A DNA stretch of 64,000 bases from Harriotta raleighana. Lineage: Eukaryota. The notes under the pieces were generated by a model. That model was given only the letters and a program-made list of their open reading frames with translations, was not told the DNA's origin and searched no databases. Each line of letters begins with the position of its first letter. The stretch's first letter is position 1. This document shows, in pieces, positions 37,945-51,079 of this stretch. A program made the position numbers and the translations under genes. The DNA lies in NCBI GenBank assembly GCA_050575255.1, contig JBNZDD010013709.1:2572220-2636219 (forward strand), in the 5' to 3' direction.

Positions 37945-38416
37945 TCATCCTCGTCCTCACTTTCAAGGTCATTCATGGCCTTGCCCCCACCTATCTCTCT
38001 GTCCTGCTGCTTCTCTATCAGCACCCCCCCTCCGTTCAGCAGACTCAGGCCTGCTCCGCGTCTAGCTCCCTAACCGCCCAACCATCGGCAGCTGGGCTTT
38101 CAGCCTCTCTGCTCCCACACTGTGGAACTCCATCCCGCAGCCCTTCCAACTTGCTTTCTCCTNTTTCAGCCTCTCTGCTCCCACACTGTGGAACTCCATC
38201 CCGCAGCCCTTCCGACTTGCTTTCTCCTTTTCCTCCTTCAAGGCCGGTCTCAAGATCTTCCTCTTCGAACGCGCCTTCGACCCCCCCATTAACTCTTCCC
38301 CCTCTCCTTCCCCCTACCCCGAACCACTGCTCTGGTCGCGACCTGACTATTTAGCGTTTTGGGACGTACTCCCGACGTGAAAGGCGGTTTAGAAGTCTAA
38401 TTTTGTTGTTGTTGTT
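37945..38416 (+). mobile_element. L2-clade LINE 3' end
   Basis: ILVLTFKVIHGLAPTYLS.. and tail agcgttttgggacgtactcccgacgtgaaaggcg..(ttg)n. Confidence 0.88.
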
Positions 38417-39110
38417 TATGTGAATATCCGAAGGAAAACCGTGAGTGACATTGATGCTGTGGGTGTTTCGTCCACAAGTTACACAGCCAAAACACTTCAT
38501 AGTATATTCTGTGAAGCGGTTTGAGACGACTCAACGACGTGATGTGATGCTATATCAAATGCAAGAATTTTATTATTATAATACAGTTTCTGTGTTCTAG
38601 GGAACTTTAAAACCCTAGCATTTGACAACACCAGTGGCCATTTAACCTGTGTCACTCTAAACACAAAGTGGGAAGTTCCTGTTTCTCTGAAAATAAAATG
38701 TTCCTTGTTTTTACAACAGCCAACATAGAAAGGCTGTGCATGTCAGCCTCAGACACTGGCAGGCTCCCATTCAAAATCTGATAAGCTCTTTCTCTTGTAC
38801 TTATTTACAAACTGATGGGACAATCAAAGGCATCGGTAGCGGTTCATTGGAATTGCTGTCCGAATTCTAAGTCAGATCAAGGTGCCTCAGCCTCCCTAGG
38901 GTGAAGTGTTCTGTAAAAACCCAAACTCAAATTACTAGCAAAGGTCAGACTCTGTATCAATAAATGCCATTCGTGTTTTTATAAAGTAGAAACTTTTCAA
39001 CATGTATTTTTTAAAAAATATTTTAACATTTTATCTTTAACCTTTTATCTAATCCTAGTTGTGCATCAACTATTTTCAGGTTTAAAATGCTCCAAGTGCT
39101 ATCCCACGTG

Positions 39111-39320
39111 AATCATAGAACTTTGGAGCACAAAAGGAGGCCATTCAGCCCATCGAGTCTGTGCCGGCTATTTGAAAAGAGCTATTCAAAGTCAATCCCA
39201 CTCTCTGGGTCTCTCCCCATAACCCTGCAAACTTGTCCTCCCCAAATAACCATCCACCTCTCTTTTAAAAGTTGTTATTGAATAGCTCACCACCACCCTT
39301 TCAGGCAATGCATTCCAGAT
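39111..39320 (-). mobile_element. CR1 LINE 3' end (another copy at ~39648-39875)
   Basis: aatcatagaa..gcacaaaaggaggccattcagcccatcgagtctgtgccggct is the reverse complement of the CR1 end at 56320-56381. Confidence 0.82.
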
Positions 39321-40924
39321 TTGAATGCATGTACAGAAATGTTGGACTGCTATAAATCCTTGGATTCTATACAGTGCTTGGAACTTTGAAATACTGTATC
39401 AAAAAGTGCCTACTGGTTGTTTCTGTGAAGTGTAGTGACTGTATTTATAGGGTGTATGGGGCAGCATATTTGCAGATATCAATTATCCCATAGTTGCGCA
39501 TAAAATAAATGATCAATTGAAATGGAGGATTGCTGACCAGAATACTGGGAAAAGCACCCTTCTCTTCAAATAGTTTTTATGAGAACTTAGAGCCCAACTG
39601 GAGCAGGGAATCGGGTAAAACAGGGAGTATCCATAGACTCATTGGATATTATAGAACAGAAGGATGCCGTTTGGCCCATCATGCCTGTGTTGGCTCTTTG
39701 GAAGAGCTACCCAATCAGTCTCTCCCTCACTTCCACCCCCGCCACCCTCAACTGTTTCCCCATATTCTTGCTAATTTTTCTTTTGTCGCGTATCTAATTC
39801 ACTTTTGAAAGTTGTTGTTAAATCTGTTTCCACCACTTTTTCAGGCAGTGAGTTCCAGACTACAACACCTCTCTTAGATAAAGAGTCCTTTTTCCCACCA
39901 TGACTGTAACCAAGAGTGAAATATTCTGATACAAAAGCCCTGAAAAACGAAACAAGTCTTTTTTAACAAAAAGTTGAATAGAACAAAATCTACATTGGAT
40001 ACAGATGTCAGCATAAACTGGTGTGACTTGCAGCAAGATCTAAACTCCTCTGGTGCGTCTGCAAATTTTAGCCAGTGTTGATTGATTGCATTTTGTTTGG
40101 TCTGTTGTGTGGCTGGTACACACGGAAACCTAGCGCCATGCTGAAGCACATCCAGTACAGATGATTGTTCTACATGCCTGCCCACCCACGCATGGAAATT
40201 TCGCTTTGATTACACAACAAGAATAGGATGAAAATTGTGACATGTGATGTTATCACGGTAATAATTATTTAATTATTGTGCCAGTTCAGTAACTGAAGAC
40301 GAGCTGCCGAAGGCGGCCAGTTACTATATCATTGGGCTTGCTGACGGCAGCTTTCGTTTGATGGCAAGCGAGATCCTGGATTTCCTCAAGATAAAAATCA
40401 AAGCTCAGCTGGTATCCTGCAAACTGGCATCCCAACATGAAATCTTCCTGATCAATTGCTCCTTCACATTGTTGCCGTTTATGGGAGCTTCCTCAACAAC
40501 AACTTTCACTTAGATAGCCCCCAGCACTTTCTTCTGTGCAAAGTGGCTTGACGTATCACTTACACTTGGCATTAATTACTGCAAACACGTGGAGTATTTT
40601 TGCCCACAAAATATACAATAATTTCACTGTACTGTACAGTATATTCTGAAGTGCTTTGAGACAGCTCCATGACCTGCTAATGCACTATATCAAATGCAAG
40701 GATTATTATTTTTATTTACTAAAAGCACATTGTGAAGCTTAACCATGAAAAGATGCCATGAAAATGCAAATAATTTTTCACCATTTATATTTTCTCATGG
40801 AATTTCTGCTTCAAGCTCTATTTTTCCTGATTTCAACTTCAATGAGACTCTCCTTTGTGTGTGGCATTTATTGTTATTCAAAGAACTAAATGCTTTCACT
40901 CTGAACAGAAGTGTGATGTGATTG

Positions 40925-41236
40925 TAATAATATAATAATAATCCTTGCATTTTGATATAGCGCTTTTCATGTCTTATAGACATTCCAAAGTGCCTCACAG
41001 AACGTACTGTAAAGCAAATTGACTGTATATTTAAATGCAGAAGCCAATTGCGCACAGCAGTGTCCCACAAAAGTCGTAGTTTGAGATGACCAATTTATTA
41101 TAGGGTGTTTTTGGGCGGATTATTATTAGGCGTGTGGAGTAAGGAAAACTCACCCAAGGTTTCGCCCTGACCTGCCTGGATTCGAAACACAGGTCTCACA
41201 CTTGTAGTGCTCTAACCACTGAGCTACAGGATTCCA
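40925..41236 (-). mobile_element. tRNA-derived SINE with L2-type tail
   Basis: Same family as 60440-60767; reversed head ends ..ctaaccactgagctacaggattcca. Confidence 0.9.
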
Positions 41237-44200
41237 CTCCATTGTGGACTGTGATGATCTTTGTGGTTTACTTAGTTTTTTAGTTGTCCCGGCAGAATAA
41301 CATCATCAAACTCTCCACAAGAATTAAGAACGTAGGAAAATAGGAACAAGAGAAGGGCAATCAACCCATTGAAACCATTTTATTAGATTCTTTATTAGAT
41401 TAGTGGATTCCTTTATTAGATTATTAGATCATTTCAAGTGTTCTGGGAAGCTACCTGGTGTGGAGAGCACTACATAAATGCAAGTTGTTGTTCTTATTGT
41501 TGTAGATTTTGGCAGATCTTTTACAACAACAACAACAACTTCAATTTATATAGCGCCCTCCGAGCCGGATGGCGTCTCAGAGCGCTTTTAATCCCAATGC
41601 CACACTCTAACCATACCTACTTTGTACCTCTACTACCCATATACTCTATTTACGCTACTCATGTGTATGTCCATCCTTTTAAACATCCACATTGATTCCA
41701 GTCCTTCAATTTTACATGCGAGCTCTCACTCGCTCTGCTTTCCCTCATTTCCGCAATGTCTCCTGCCTCTGTCACCACAATCCCCATCCCCTCAGGCTGT
41801 TGAAACCCACATCCACGCTTTCATCACCTCTGTGCTTAATCACTCTTCATGTCCTGTTCACTGGATTCCCCAGTTGCTCCCTGCAGACCATGCTAACTGC
41901 TGAAGGCAATGTCCTTCTGCCCCCTGAGCCCTGGAACTTCATGTTGTAGTTCCACCAACATTGCTCCTCCCTCCCTCTACACCTTTAAGATCTGGGACAT
42001 TGCTGTCTGCAAACTTGCTGCTATGTTTCACTCACGCAATACACAGCCAAATCACTCACAAAATACACAGCCAATGCACTTTACAGTATATCCTATGAAG
42101 TGCTTTGTCAGGTTTCATCAATGTTATATCAAAAACAGTATAAGGATTATTATAAACATGCCTCAAGATCCATCTCTTCGACCATGCTTTCAGGCAAGCT
42201 TGGGCCCCAGTGAGTTACACAAAGCATTTTGGGACAATTTCCCTACTTGATATAATAAATGTTTGCCTTGGCCCTGATGTAAATTTATTCCTTCTTTGTA
42301 TTGGATCACTCTACCAGTGTCATCCATTGTTCAATTTGTTGATTCCTTTTAATATTTAAAAACACCTCAATCAAATCATCTTAGCTATTTTGCTCTAATG
42401 ACTCCAACTCTGAGGACTACAGCCCCAATTAAAGCTAAGCCTTTTCAACTCAGATATTATTGTAGGTTAATTGCTAAGCTCGATGTTCTACTCCACCAAG
42501 GCTCTTCGCAGGTTGTTCAGATTTTGGCATTTCCCTTCTTTGTTTTACAATCCACCATCAAGTTTTAATCTCTGTGTTTGTGGTGGCTTTCTGCCTGCTA
42601 TCTGTGGTAAAATTGAATAAAAATGTTTCACTTATGCTATAACAAAACCACTAAAAGCAGCAGCAAGATGAACTACCTGCAGTAGACTTTAGGAGTTTTA
42701 AAATGTGGTTTATACCACATATTGGAGGGCTGTTTTCATAAAGCATATTTTTCTCCTCTGAAATATAAAGTAAATTCTCCAATACATGAGTAGAAGGTAT
42801 CACCTGGATGCTTTGAAACACTGTGTGTAAAGAAAAATACTTCTGGTTGGTGTGAAGTCTGGGTTCAATTAAACAAGCATTACTTTTTGCTGAAAGTATT
42901 TGAAAGAAATGTTTCTGTAAAAATAGGGTGCATTGGATGGCTTCCTGAAATGTCTTTTTAAGGAGAAAACCTATTTTGGTGCTGTGCCTGGCAGGAACTC
43001 TTGAGTGTGGGCTCAAGGGACTGAGCAATTCCAAGATTTAACCATCTGTTTAGTTTGTTGAACTACCATGTACCCCATGGCAAATTATCCCTGAGAAAAT
43101 AGCAAGAGAAACATTTTGAAAGCAAAGGCCAGCACTGAAAAAGCCCAGCAACTGATTCTCAGTGGATTTGTCAGCAAGCCAACTATTTGTATTTATTTAT
43201 AAACAATGTTTTCTAATGTACATAAAACTCACGAGTAAATTTATGGGGGATGGGGGGATGGGTGCGCAGAGGATCATGGAAATCTTGACTAATTAAAGTA
43301 ATAGATGCAACAAACTGTTTCAAGATGTGAGCCTTTGGGAGCTTCCTTCCTGCAATTCCTGATGTGATGTGATGTACCCTTTTGCAGGTTTTCAACTCTT
43401 AAAAAAAAACGCCGAACCCCAGATAAGCAGCAATCTTTGTGTTTGGTGGTGTAGCAAAAATGTTTGCGTCGTGAAGCTATAGGATTGAGCTTAATAAAGG
43501 GCACAGATAAAACTGCTGTTGTTTCATTTGCACAAAGTAATAGAAGACATATGTATTGTATTAAATTAAAAGATGAACTTTAATGAAAGGAGCAAGATCT
43601 GGCACACATCAGATTCCCCCTCCCCAACCCCACCACCCTTTGTAGAAAGTGGTTGATGGAATTATCATATATTTCCTTTGCCCTATGTCTTGTGGATGGC
43701 TTGTTGATCTGTAGTTCTGATCGTTCACCTTTGATCAGCACCGGTTGTGATTTCTGCCATTGTTAGTGTTCATAATAGAATCTAAATCTAGCTGCTTATG
43801 CTGTAGGTTCAAATGAAACCTTGAGCAGGGGGTGGAGAAGGACTGTTCTGCTCCCTGATTTGCTGGAGACTGATTCGCTGGTGGTGAACTGCTATTTTCT
43901 GCTCTCTGCGGTGCAGTATGTTGCAACAAACTGACCCGGTGAGACCAGAAAGGCAACTGCAATCCAATTTGAATATGAATAACATTGCATTATAAATGTT
44001 TAAAAAAACTCAAATACTATATAAAAAAACTTTTTTGCATTTATTTTAGCACCTCATCAAGCCAAATGCCTTGGAAATTTATAGTAATTACTGAAAAGTG
44101 TATTGACTGTTTTTGTAGGCAAACACAGGAGTCATTTTGTACAGGGTCATAACCTGAATGACTGACTAATTTATCTGCAGCGGTGGTCGGTTGCAATTGT

Positions 44201-44439
44201 ATTAGAATTGTGGGCTGAACGAGAATCATTTAAACTTACTGAATGGAGCAGCATAATGTTGATGCATTGTAAGATTTGTAAGATCTGTCGACATTCACAG
44301 GAAAAGAAGCTGGAACTCTCCTGCTCTTCACAAATCAGAGGTGTAAGTGAACATCACTTGGTTTAAAAGTACTGTAGTTTGAATTTCCTTTCCTTTATCA
44401 CCACTGCATGATGGAGGAAGTTCTACTTCCTCTGTCTTA

Positions 44440-44830
44440 ATAATAAGCCTTTCATTTGATATAACGCCCTATCACATTGTTGAGATATCTCAATGGCACT
44501 TCACAGGATATACTGTACAGTAAAGTGAATTAACTGTGTATTTTGTGGGTGATGCATGGCAGCCAGTTTGTGCACAGAGGTGTTCCACAGACAGCTGAGG
44601 AGTGAGTGAACAATTTTATTTGGAGAATTGTTGGCCAGGACAACAGGAGGAACTAGCATCTCTTTTCGAATAGTTTCATGGAATCTTTAACATCCACCTG
44701 AACAGGCAGATGAGACCTCGGCATTAACATCATGTCCAAAAGCCAACACCTCTAACAATGCATCTCCCCACACCCTAATCCCCCCCCCCCTCCTCCCACT
44801 GCATAATTGGAGTATCTGCTTAGAGTATGG
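44440..44830 (-). mobile_element. Deu-domain SINE
   Basis: ggaatctttaacatccacctgaacaggcagatgagacctcgg..aacacctctaacaatgc Deu-like core preceded by the reversed tail. Confidence 0.75.
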
Positions 44831-45599
44831 AGTTTTTCCATAACACTTACAACTGCAGCAGGCACCTGTCCGAGGATGGGTAACAGGGAGGAAGGCTTAC
44901 CCGGGGATTGAGGAGCAAGCTGATTTTAACACTTGGAACTATAATTTGTGATTGAGTCTGTGTACTCTGTTTGTCTCCAAATGTCTTTGTGGTGTGTGCA
45001 ATACTCTGTGGTAATATTGATATATAATATTAATGTTTGCATTTGATATAGTGCTTTATTATTTTGTTGAGACGTCTCAAAGTGCTTCACAGAATATTTT
45101 GTAAAGTTAATTAATTATATATTTTGTGGACCTAACATAAATACAGTATATAGTCAGAGAATTCTTGTTACTCCTTTCCTTTATAGGCTAACATGCAAGA
45201 ATTAATTCAGGTGCCACCAGATTTTTTTTGAAAAAGTCAAACCAAACTCATTGCCAATCTCCTTGTATTTAAACTCACATCACATTTGTTTAGCTTCACT
45301 CAGTCATTGACGTTATTCTCTCCATTCCCCTTGGTATTAGTCAAAAATCAATTGACCTTTGGTGATGTGGAATTGTAGTGCAAAAAGTCTTTCAGCAAGA
45401 GAAAATATCAAACGTTTGTAAATATTCCAACCATCAGAGAATAGGAGAAGAGGAAATGGGTTTGAGTTGTAAAAGGCAATTTCAGGACAGATACAATACC
45501 AGGAATTATTTATTTACCTAGAGGCTAATTGATGATTGGAACAGGTTTCAAGGATGTTTGAGATGAGGATGTTGGACTTGTATGTGTAAAAACAGAAAG

Positions 45600-46345
45600 A
45601 AAAACAACAACAAAATTACACATGTACAGCACCTTTCATATCGGGAAAACGTCGCAAGGAGCTGGAGTTATTATTTCAAACCAGAGCTGAGATTGGGGAT
45701 GGGGAGGGTGGAGGGAAAGGGGGAAGATTTGGGACCGTCAAAGAGGTGGGTCTTGAAGTGGGACTTGAAGGAGGCCAGAGAGGAGGCGAGCAGGAGGGCC
45801 TGCGGGATGGAGTTCCAGAGGTTAGGTGAAGAGTGGCTGAAGGCTCACCCACCAGTAGTGGGGCAGGTGGATTCAGGGACATGGAGCAGATTGGAGCTGG
45901 CTGAGCAGAAGCAGCGGAAAGGGGGTAGGGAGTTAGAAGGTTACAGAGGAGGGTCAGGCGAGGCCATCGAGAGCTTTGAATGTGAAGACCAGGAGCTTGA
46001 ATTGAATCCTCTGGGTGACGGGGAGCCAATGGAGTTAAACAAGGATGGGGGAGATAGGGTCACGAAGTAGAGGATAGGGTCACCACAGAGTCCTCGACTG
46101 TTTGCAGCCTATGGAGGGAGGAATTTGGAAAGCTGACAAGTAGGCGTTGGTGTAGTCAAGCCTGGATGTGATGAAGCTATGAGGGTTTCAGCAGCCTGAG
46201 GCGTGAGGTAGTGGCAGAGTTGGGCAGTATTGCGGAGGTAAGAGAAGATCATGGCTTGAATGTGGGAGAGGAAACCCAGTTGAGGATAGAACAAGACACC
46301 TAGGGTCCTGACTGGCTTGGTGAGGTGGAATTTGATACTGCCAGT
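45600..46345 (-). mobile_element. L2-clade LINE 3' fragment
   Basis: Reversed tail (aacaacaaaattacacatgtacagcacctttcatatcggg) and ORF2 C-terminal remnants. Confidence 0.87.
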
Positions 46346-47796
46346 GCCTGAGAAAAACTAACAACAACAAAAAATAAGCTTAATGATGCAATGGAGTAGA
46401 GTGATTATTCTGGAAGGATGAGATCAAATGGGCCAAAAAGCCTTCTTCATCGGAATGCTCCTGTGAATTATTTCTCAGCAAACCTGCTGAGAAGTATGAT
46501 CTCTCCCCCAGGGTCAGTGCTGATTAGTAGACCTGAGACCAGAATAAAGGTTTTATTGCACTGTACCACAATTACATGCGTTGATCGAAAGCCACAGTAA
46601 ATGTATTTCTGGTTCACTTTCAGCATGTTGAAGAAAGTTCAGTTACATCTTTTTGCGTTTTGATAAATTCAATCATTGAAACTGTCAACCTGTTGCTAAT
46701 TGCAATGTTTTTCTTCTGACGAACAACTACTTTAATCTCCAGTGATAAGCACTTTAATATCCAGCAGCCTTCTAACACACATTTCAAAAAGTACAGATGC
46801 ATTCTGTAATTGGATTCATGTCCTGCATATGGGTTGTTATATAATGTCCACTACAGGCTTAAGATACTGGGCAAATGCAATTACAAATACTTAGTTGGTA
46901 TTACTCAGTCATGGTTGGTTTCTGACGCAGGTTAATTTAATGCANAAATGTATTTCTGGTTCACTTTCAGCATGTTGAAGAAAGTTCAGTTACATCTTTT
47001 TGCGTTTTGATAAATTCAATCATTGAAACTGTCAACCTGTTGCTAATTGCAATGTTTTTCTTCTGACGAACAACTACTTTAATCTCCAGTGATAAGCACT
47101 TTAATATCCAGCAGCCTTCTAACACACATTTCAAAAAGTACAGATGCATTCTGTAATTGGATTCATGTCCTGCATATGGGTTGTTATATAATGTCCACTA
47201 CAGGCTTAAGATACTGGGCAAATGCAATTACAAATACTTAGTTGGTATTACTCAGTTTCTGACGCAGGTTAATTTAATGCATTTTTTTTGGTATTTTGCC
47301 AGTTGCAGAATGACATTTATCAAATTTGACATAGCCTTTCTTACTGACTCTGTGTGTGTGTCTGTGTAAAATAAATTAAATAAAAACATATTGGAAGAAG
47401 TGCTAGTTTTCCTTGAAGGCGAGTTGCCCAGTTGGTTGGTAAAACTTCTGCACAGCTGACTTTCCTTTCATGTCTACCTGCGGGGACACCGTTTGAGTGA
47501 AATAAAGTTACTATGGTTGGAAAACACACTGATTATACAAACAGATTAACTGCACAAATAGGGTCTTCAAGTGCGGGAAAGTGGCAGCTGAATGTAGATG
47601 GAATTGAAGCATTTGTAGAGTCCTGTTCCAAAAAANCTTTCCTTTCATGTCTACCTGCGGGGACACCGTTTGAGTGAAATAAAGTTACTATGGTTGGAAA
47701 ACACACTGATTATACAAACAGATTAACTGCACAAATAGGGTCTTCAAGTGCGGGAAAGTGGCAGCTGAATGTAGATGGAATTGAAGCATTTGTAGA

Positions 47797-48167
47797 GTCC
47801 TGTTGCTCAGTGGAAAGAGAACTTGCCTCACAAACGAGAAGTGTGGGTTTGATTCCCACTAGAGTGAAATGTTGGACAAGTATCCTTACTTCACGCATCA
47901 CTATTTACCTAGCATCAAGTAGGAAATTGGTTGTTAGACAATTGACAGATCAATTTTCTGGGGGGTAATAATTCCTTTTTAAAAAGAAAATGAAATGGTC
48001 AATTCAATTCATGACTGTTTGTAGCTACTGCTGTGCGCAATCGACTGCCGCGTTTTGCCCACAAAATATACAGTCAATCCACTCTGCAGTATATTCTAGG
48101 AAGTTCTTTGAGATGTCTCAAGAATGTGACAAGGCACTAAATCTAATGCAAGGATGATTATTATTAT
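47797..48167 (+). mobile_element. tRNA-derived SINE with L2-type tail
   Basis: gtcctgttgctcagtgg..gggtttgattccc head, family body and tail. Confidence 0.85.
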
Positions 48168-48289
48168 TTCAGAAAATTTGGCACAATCTTAAATTGAACT
48201 ATTTGAATCACATTCTTGCATGAAGATGGATTATAAATATGTAAGCTATTATTATTTTTAAGCATGAGGAATTTTTGTCCAATTAAAAC

Positions 48290-49430
48290 ACACTTTCAGC
48301 TTAATCTTTATGGACCTTCCCTTGCCTGGTTTGACCTCTCCACTTTGTTGCCAATAATGGCTTCTCCTCTAGCCCATGCACCATCAGGTGTGGTGTCCCC
48401 CAGGGCTCTGTCCTTGGCCCTCTCCTTTTCAACATCCATATGCTCCAGCTTGCTGACATCATCTGCAGACAAGGGGTCAACTTCCACATGTATACAGATG
48501 ACACTCAACTCTATCTTTCTGTCTCCACACTTGATTCGAGGACCACTACTATCCTGACAGACCTCCTGTCAGACATCAAGTCCTGGATGAGAGCTAACTT
48601 TCTATAGTTCATTGTCAACAAGACCGAGACCCTCCCGATAGGCTCACGCCTCCGCACCTCAGGCACTGGCAGCATCAACCTCCATGGATGCCCACTCCAT
48701 CTCACCAAGCCAATTGGGAACCTAGGAGCCATGTTTGATCCTCAACTGTTTTTTCTCCCCCACATCCATGCCTTGATGGATGCCTTACCTGCTCTGCTTC
48801 CCTCACCTCTACAACATTACCCGACTCTACCATTATGTCACCCCTCAGGCTCTCATTCATGCCTTCATCATATACAGGTTCGACTATGCCAATGTCCTGC
48901 TTATTACCCTTCCCAACTTCTCCCTCCACAGGCTACAGATCATCCAGAATGCTGTACCCGAGTCATCTCCTGCACCAAGCTCCACGATCCTATCACCACT
49001 CATTCAGAGAATTCAATTAAAGATCCTGGTCCACACCATTAAAGCTCTCCATTGCCTTCCTCCATCCTACCTCTGCGACCTCCTAACCCCCTACCAATCT
49101 GTCCACTCCCTCCGCTCAGCAAGCTCTGGCCTGCTCCATGTCCCTCGACCCACCTGCTTCACCATTGGTGGCCAAACCTTTAGCCACTCTGTCCCCAACC
49201 TTTGGAATTCCATCCCACAATCCATCCGCCTTGCCTCCTCCCTCATCTCCTTCAAGCCCAGCCTCAAGAATCTCTTCTTCGACCATGCCATAGGTCACCC
49301 CTTCCCCTCCCTTCCTTCCACCCTCCCCTGTCCTGACCCCAGCTTTGATCTGAAACACCATCTGTCGAGCGCCTTGGGAGGTCCTCCCAATGTGAAAGGC
49401 GCTATACAAAGTGTAATTTTTTTGTTGCTT
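48290..49430 (+). mobile_element. 5'-truncated L2-clade LINE with decayed RT
   Basis: [17 protein letters not shown] (48392 onward) and [10 protein letters not shown]; the 235-aa ORF 48780..49487 is the ORF2 C-terminus; tail gagcgccttgggaggtcctcccaatgtgaaaggcgctatac. Confidence 0.93.
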
Positions 49431-51079
49431 CTTGTAAATCTGCATGATTCCCTGGAGGCAAGGTGTAAACATTTCACCACCAATTAAGTTGTTGACCAAA
49501 TAAAGCTGAGTTTATGCAACCGTATAAATCAGAAGTGAAACAGTTGTATTGCTGAGGTTATAGTTGTACAGTATTGTACTCATGGCGAGCTAAATCTGAT
49601 CAATGAAGTCAGGTGTCAACATGTTGTCACAGTCTGATCTCAAAGTAGAACAATAATGTATTTGCCAACATGGCATACTTTACATACCGTTGCCTGCAAA
49701 CATTTGCACAAGCACTTTATCAGATCTTTCACACCACCAGGTTTATTTTACATCATGTCATCGTCATTGTTTGTGGGACACTGCTGTGCACAAACTGGCT
49801 TTCATGTTTCACTCACAAAATGCGGTCAATACACTTTACAGTATATAGGGTGAAGCGATTTGAGGCTTCTTGGAGCTGTGATAAGGTGCCATAACCAATG
49901 CAAGCATTATTATTATTATATTATCATCATCTCTTGAATGTGCAACCGATCACATCTCAGTATACGTTTCAAAATCCAGCTGCCGGTTTAATGTTTCTCT
50001 CACTTTGGCTTCTTCTATTATCTATTAACTTAGAAATACAGTAGTGTCAACCACTGCCCTCATAATATTAACATGCAAGTACAGTTCCTGCAATGCAAAT
50101 CAATTTTCTACAGAACAGCATTCTTCCTTTTGCACAGTTTAATGTTCCTAATGCTAATTGTAAGGAAGGATGCAGTGATGTGTAACATTTTTGCTGTTCA
50201 CAATTTGCTGTAGTTGGGAAGGTTGTAAAGATAATAGACATCACCTCACACATTGTACAGATAGTCGGTGTATTATTAAGCGTCTAGACATGGTTAAAGA
50301 CTATAATGTGGTCAAAAAATGTATTATCTTAACGGTAATTTGCAGCAAAAAAAATTAATTTAGCGTGAGTTGATGCAACACGGGTGGATGGAAATTGGAT
50401 TAAAATTTACAATTTGAATTCGCCTCACAAACCGTCATTTGCTGGAGGTAGACATCAGTGGAGAACTCTCGTTAAAGAAAGAAATTCAACGTAGTGGTTA
50501 ACACTTTCTACAATGTGTTTTTAGTACAACAAAATATGTATTGTCTTGGAATTTATTGCAGGAATGTTATTTTGTTCAATGTATCCAACTTTAACATTCC
50601 TCACTATCTGATTGTGGTTTCCCAGTTATAGATACATTTTATTGCCAGTAGTATATTGTGGCTGAAGGCAACATAACTTGTAAACTCCCATAATATATTT
50701 GACTTGGTTTTACACCTTGAGATCAGAGCTAATGTGCTTTGTACCAAATGGTTCAAATGCCAGGTTAGGTCGGCATTTATTTCCCCACATCTTGATTTTT
50801 CTTTTTCTTGGATTTTTTTTGATAGATTGATTTCTACATAAAAGGATCTTGGTTTCTGAATCATAAATTGACAAGGTTTTTTGATTGAACTTGTAATGTA
50901 AAAACCCTAACCAAATGGAGTGGGTTGAATCCCAGAGAGTTTTTTGAAACAAATAGATCAGATTTTCAGGAGGGGCCTTTCTACTAATCACAACCTCCTG
51001 GATGGACAAGGTCAAAAACCAAGATGCACTACATCTTCCTGGTATTCTCCCAGTGTGTGTATGCGCTTGTGTGTAGTTT

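Noticed and set aside
40290-40360. Hammerhead ribozyme starting at CTGAAGA
   Set aside because: No GAAA after the putative stem II and no stem III/cleavage triplet.
46620-47149. Two identical 60-aa ORFs
   Set aside because: Product of the single-N assembly duplication; no coding features.
48780-49487. 235-aa ORF, the longest in the track
   Set aside because: C-terminal part of a frameshifted L2 ORF2 reading through the 3' UTR; not a host gene.
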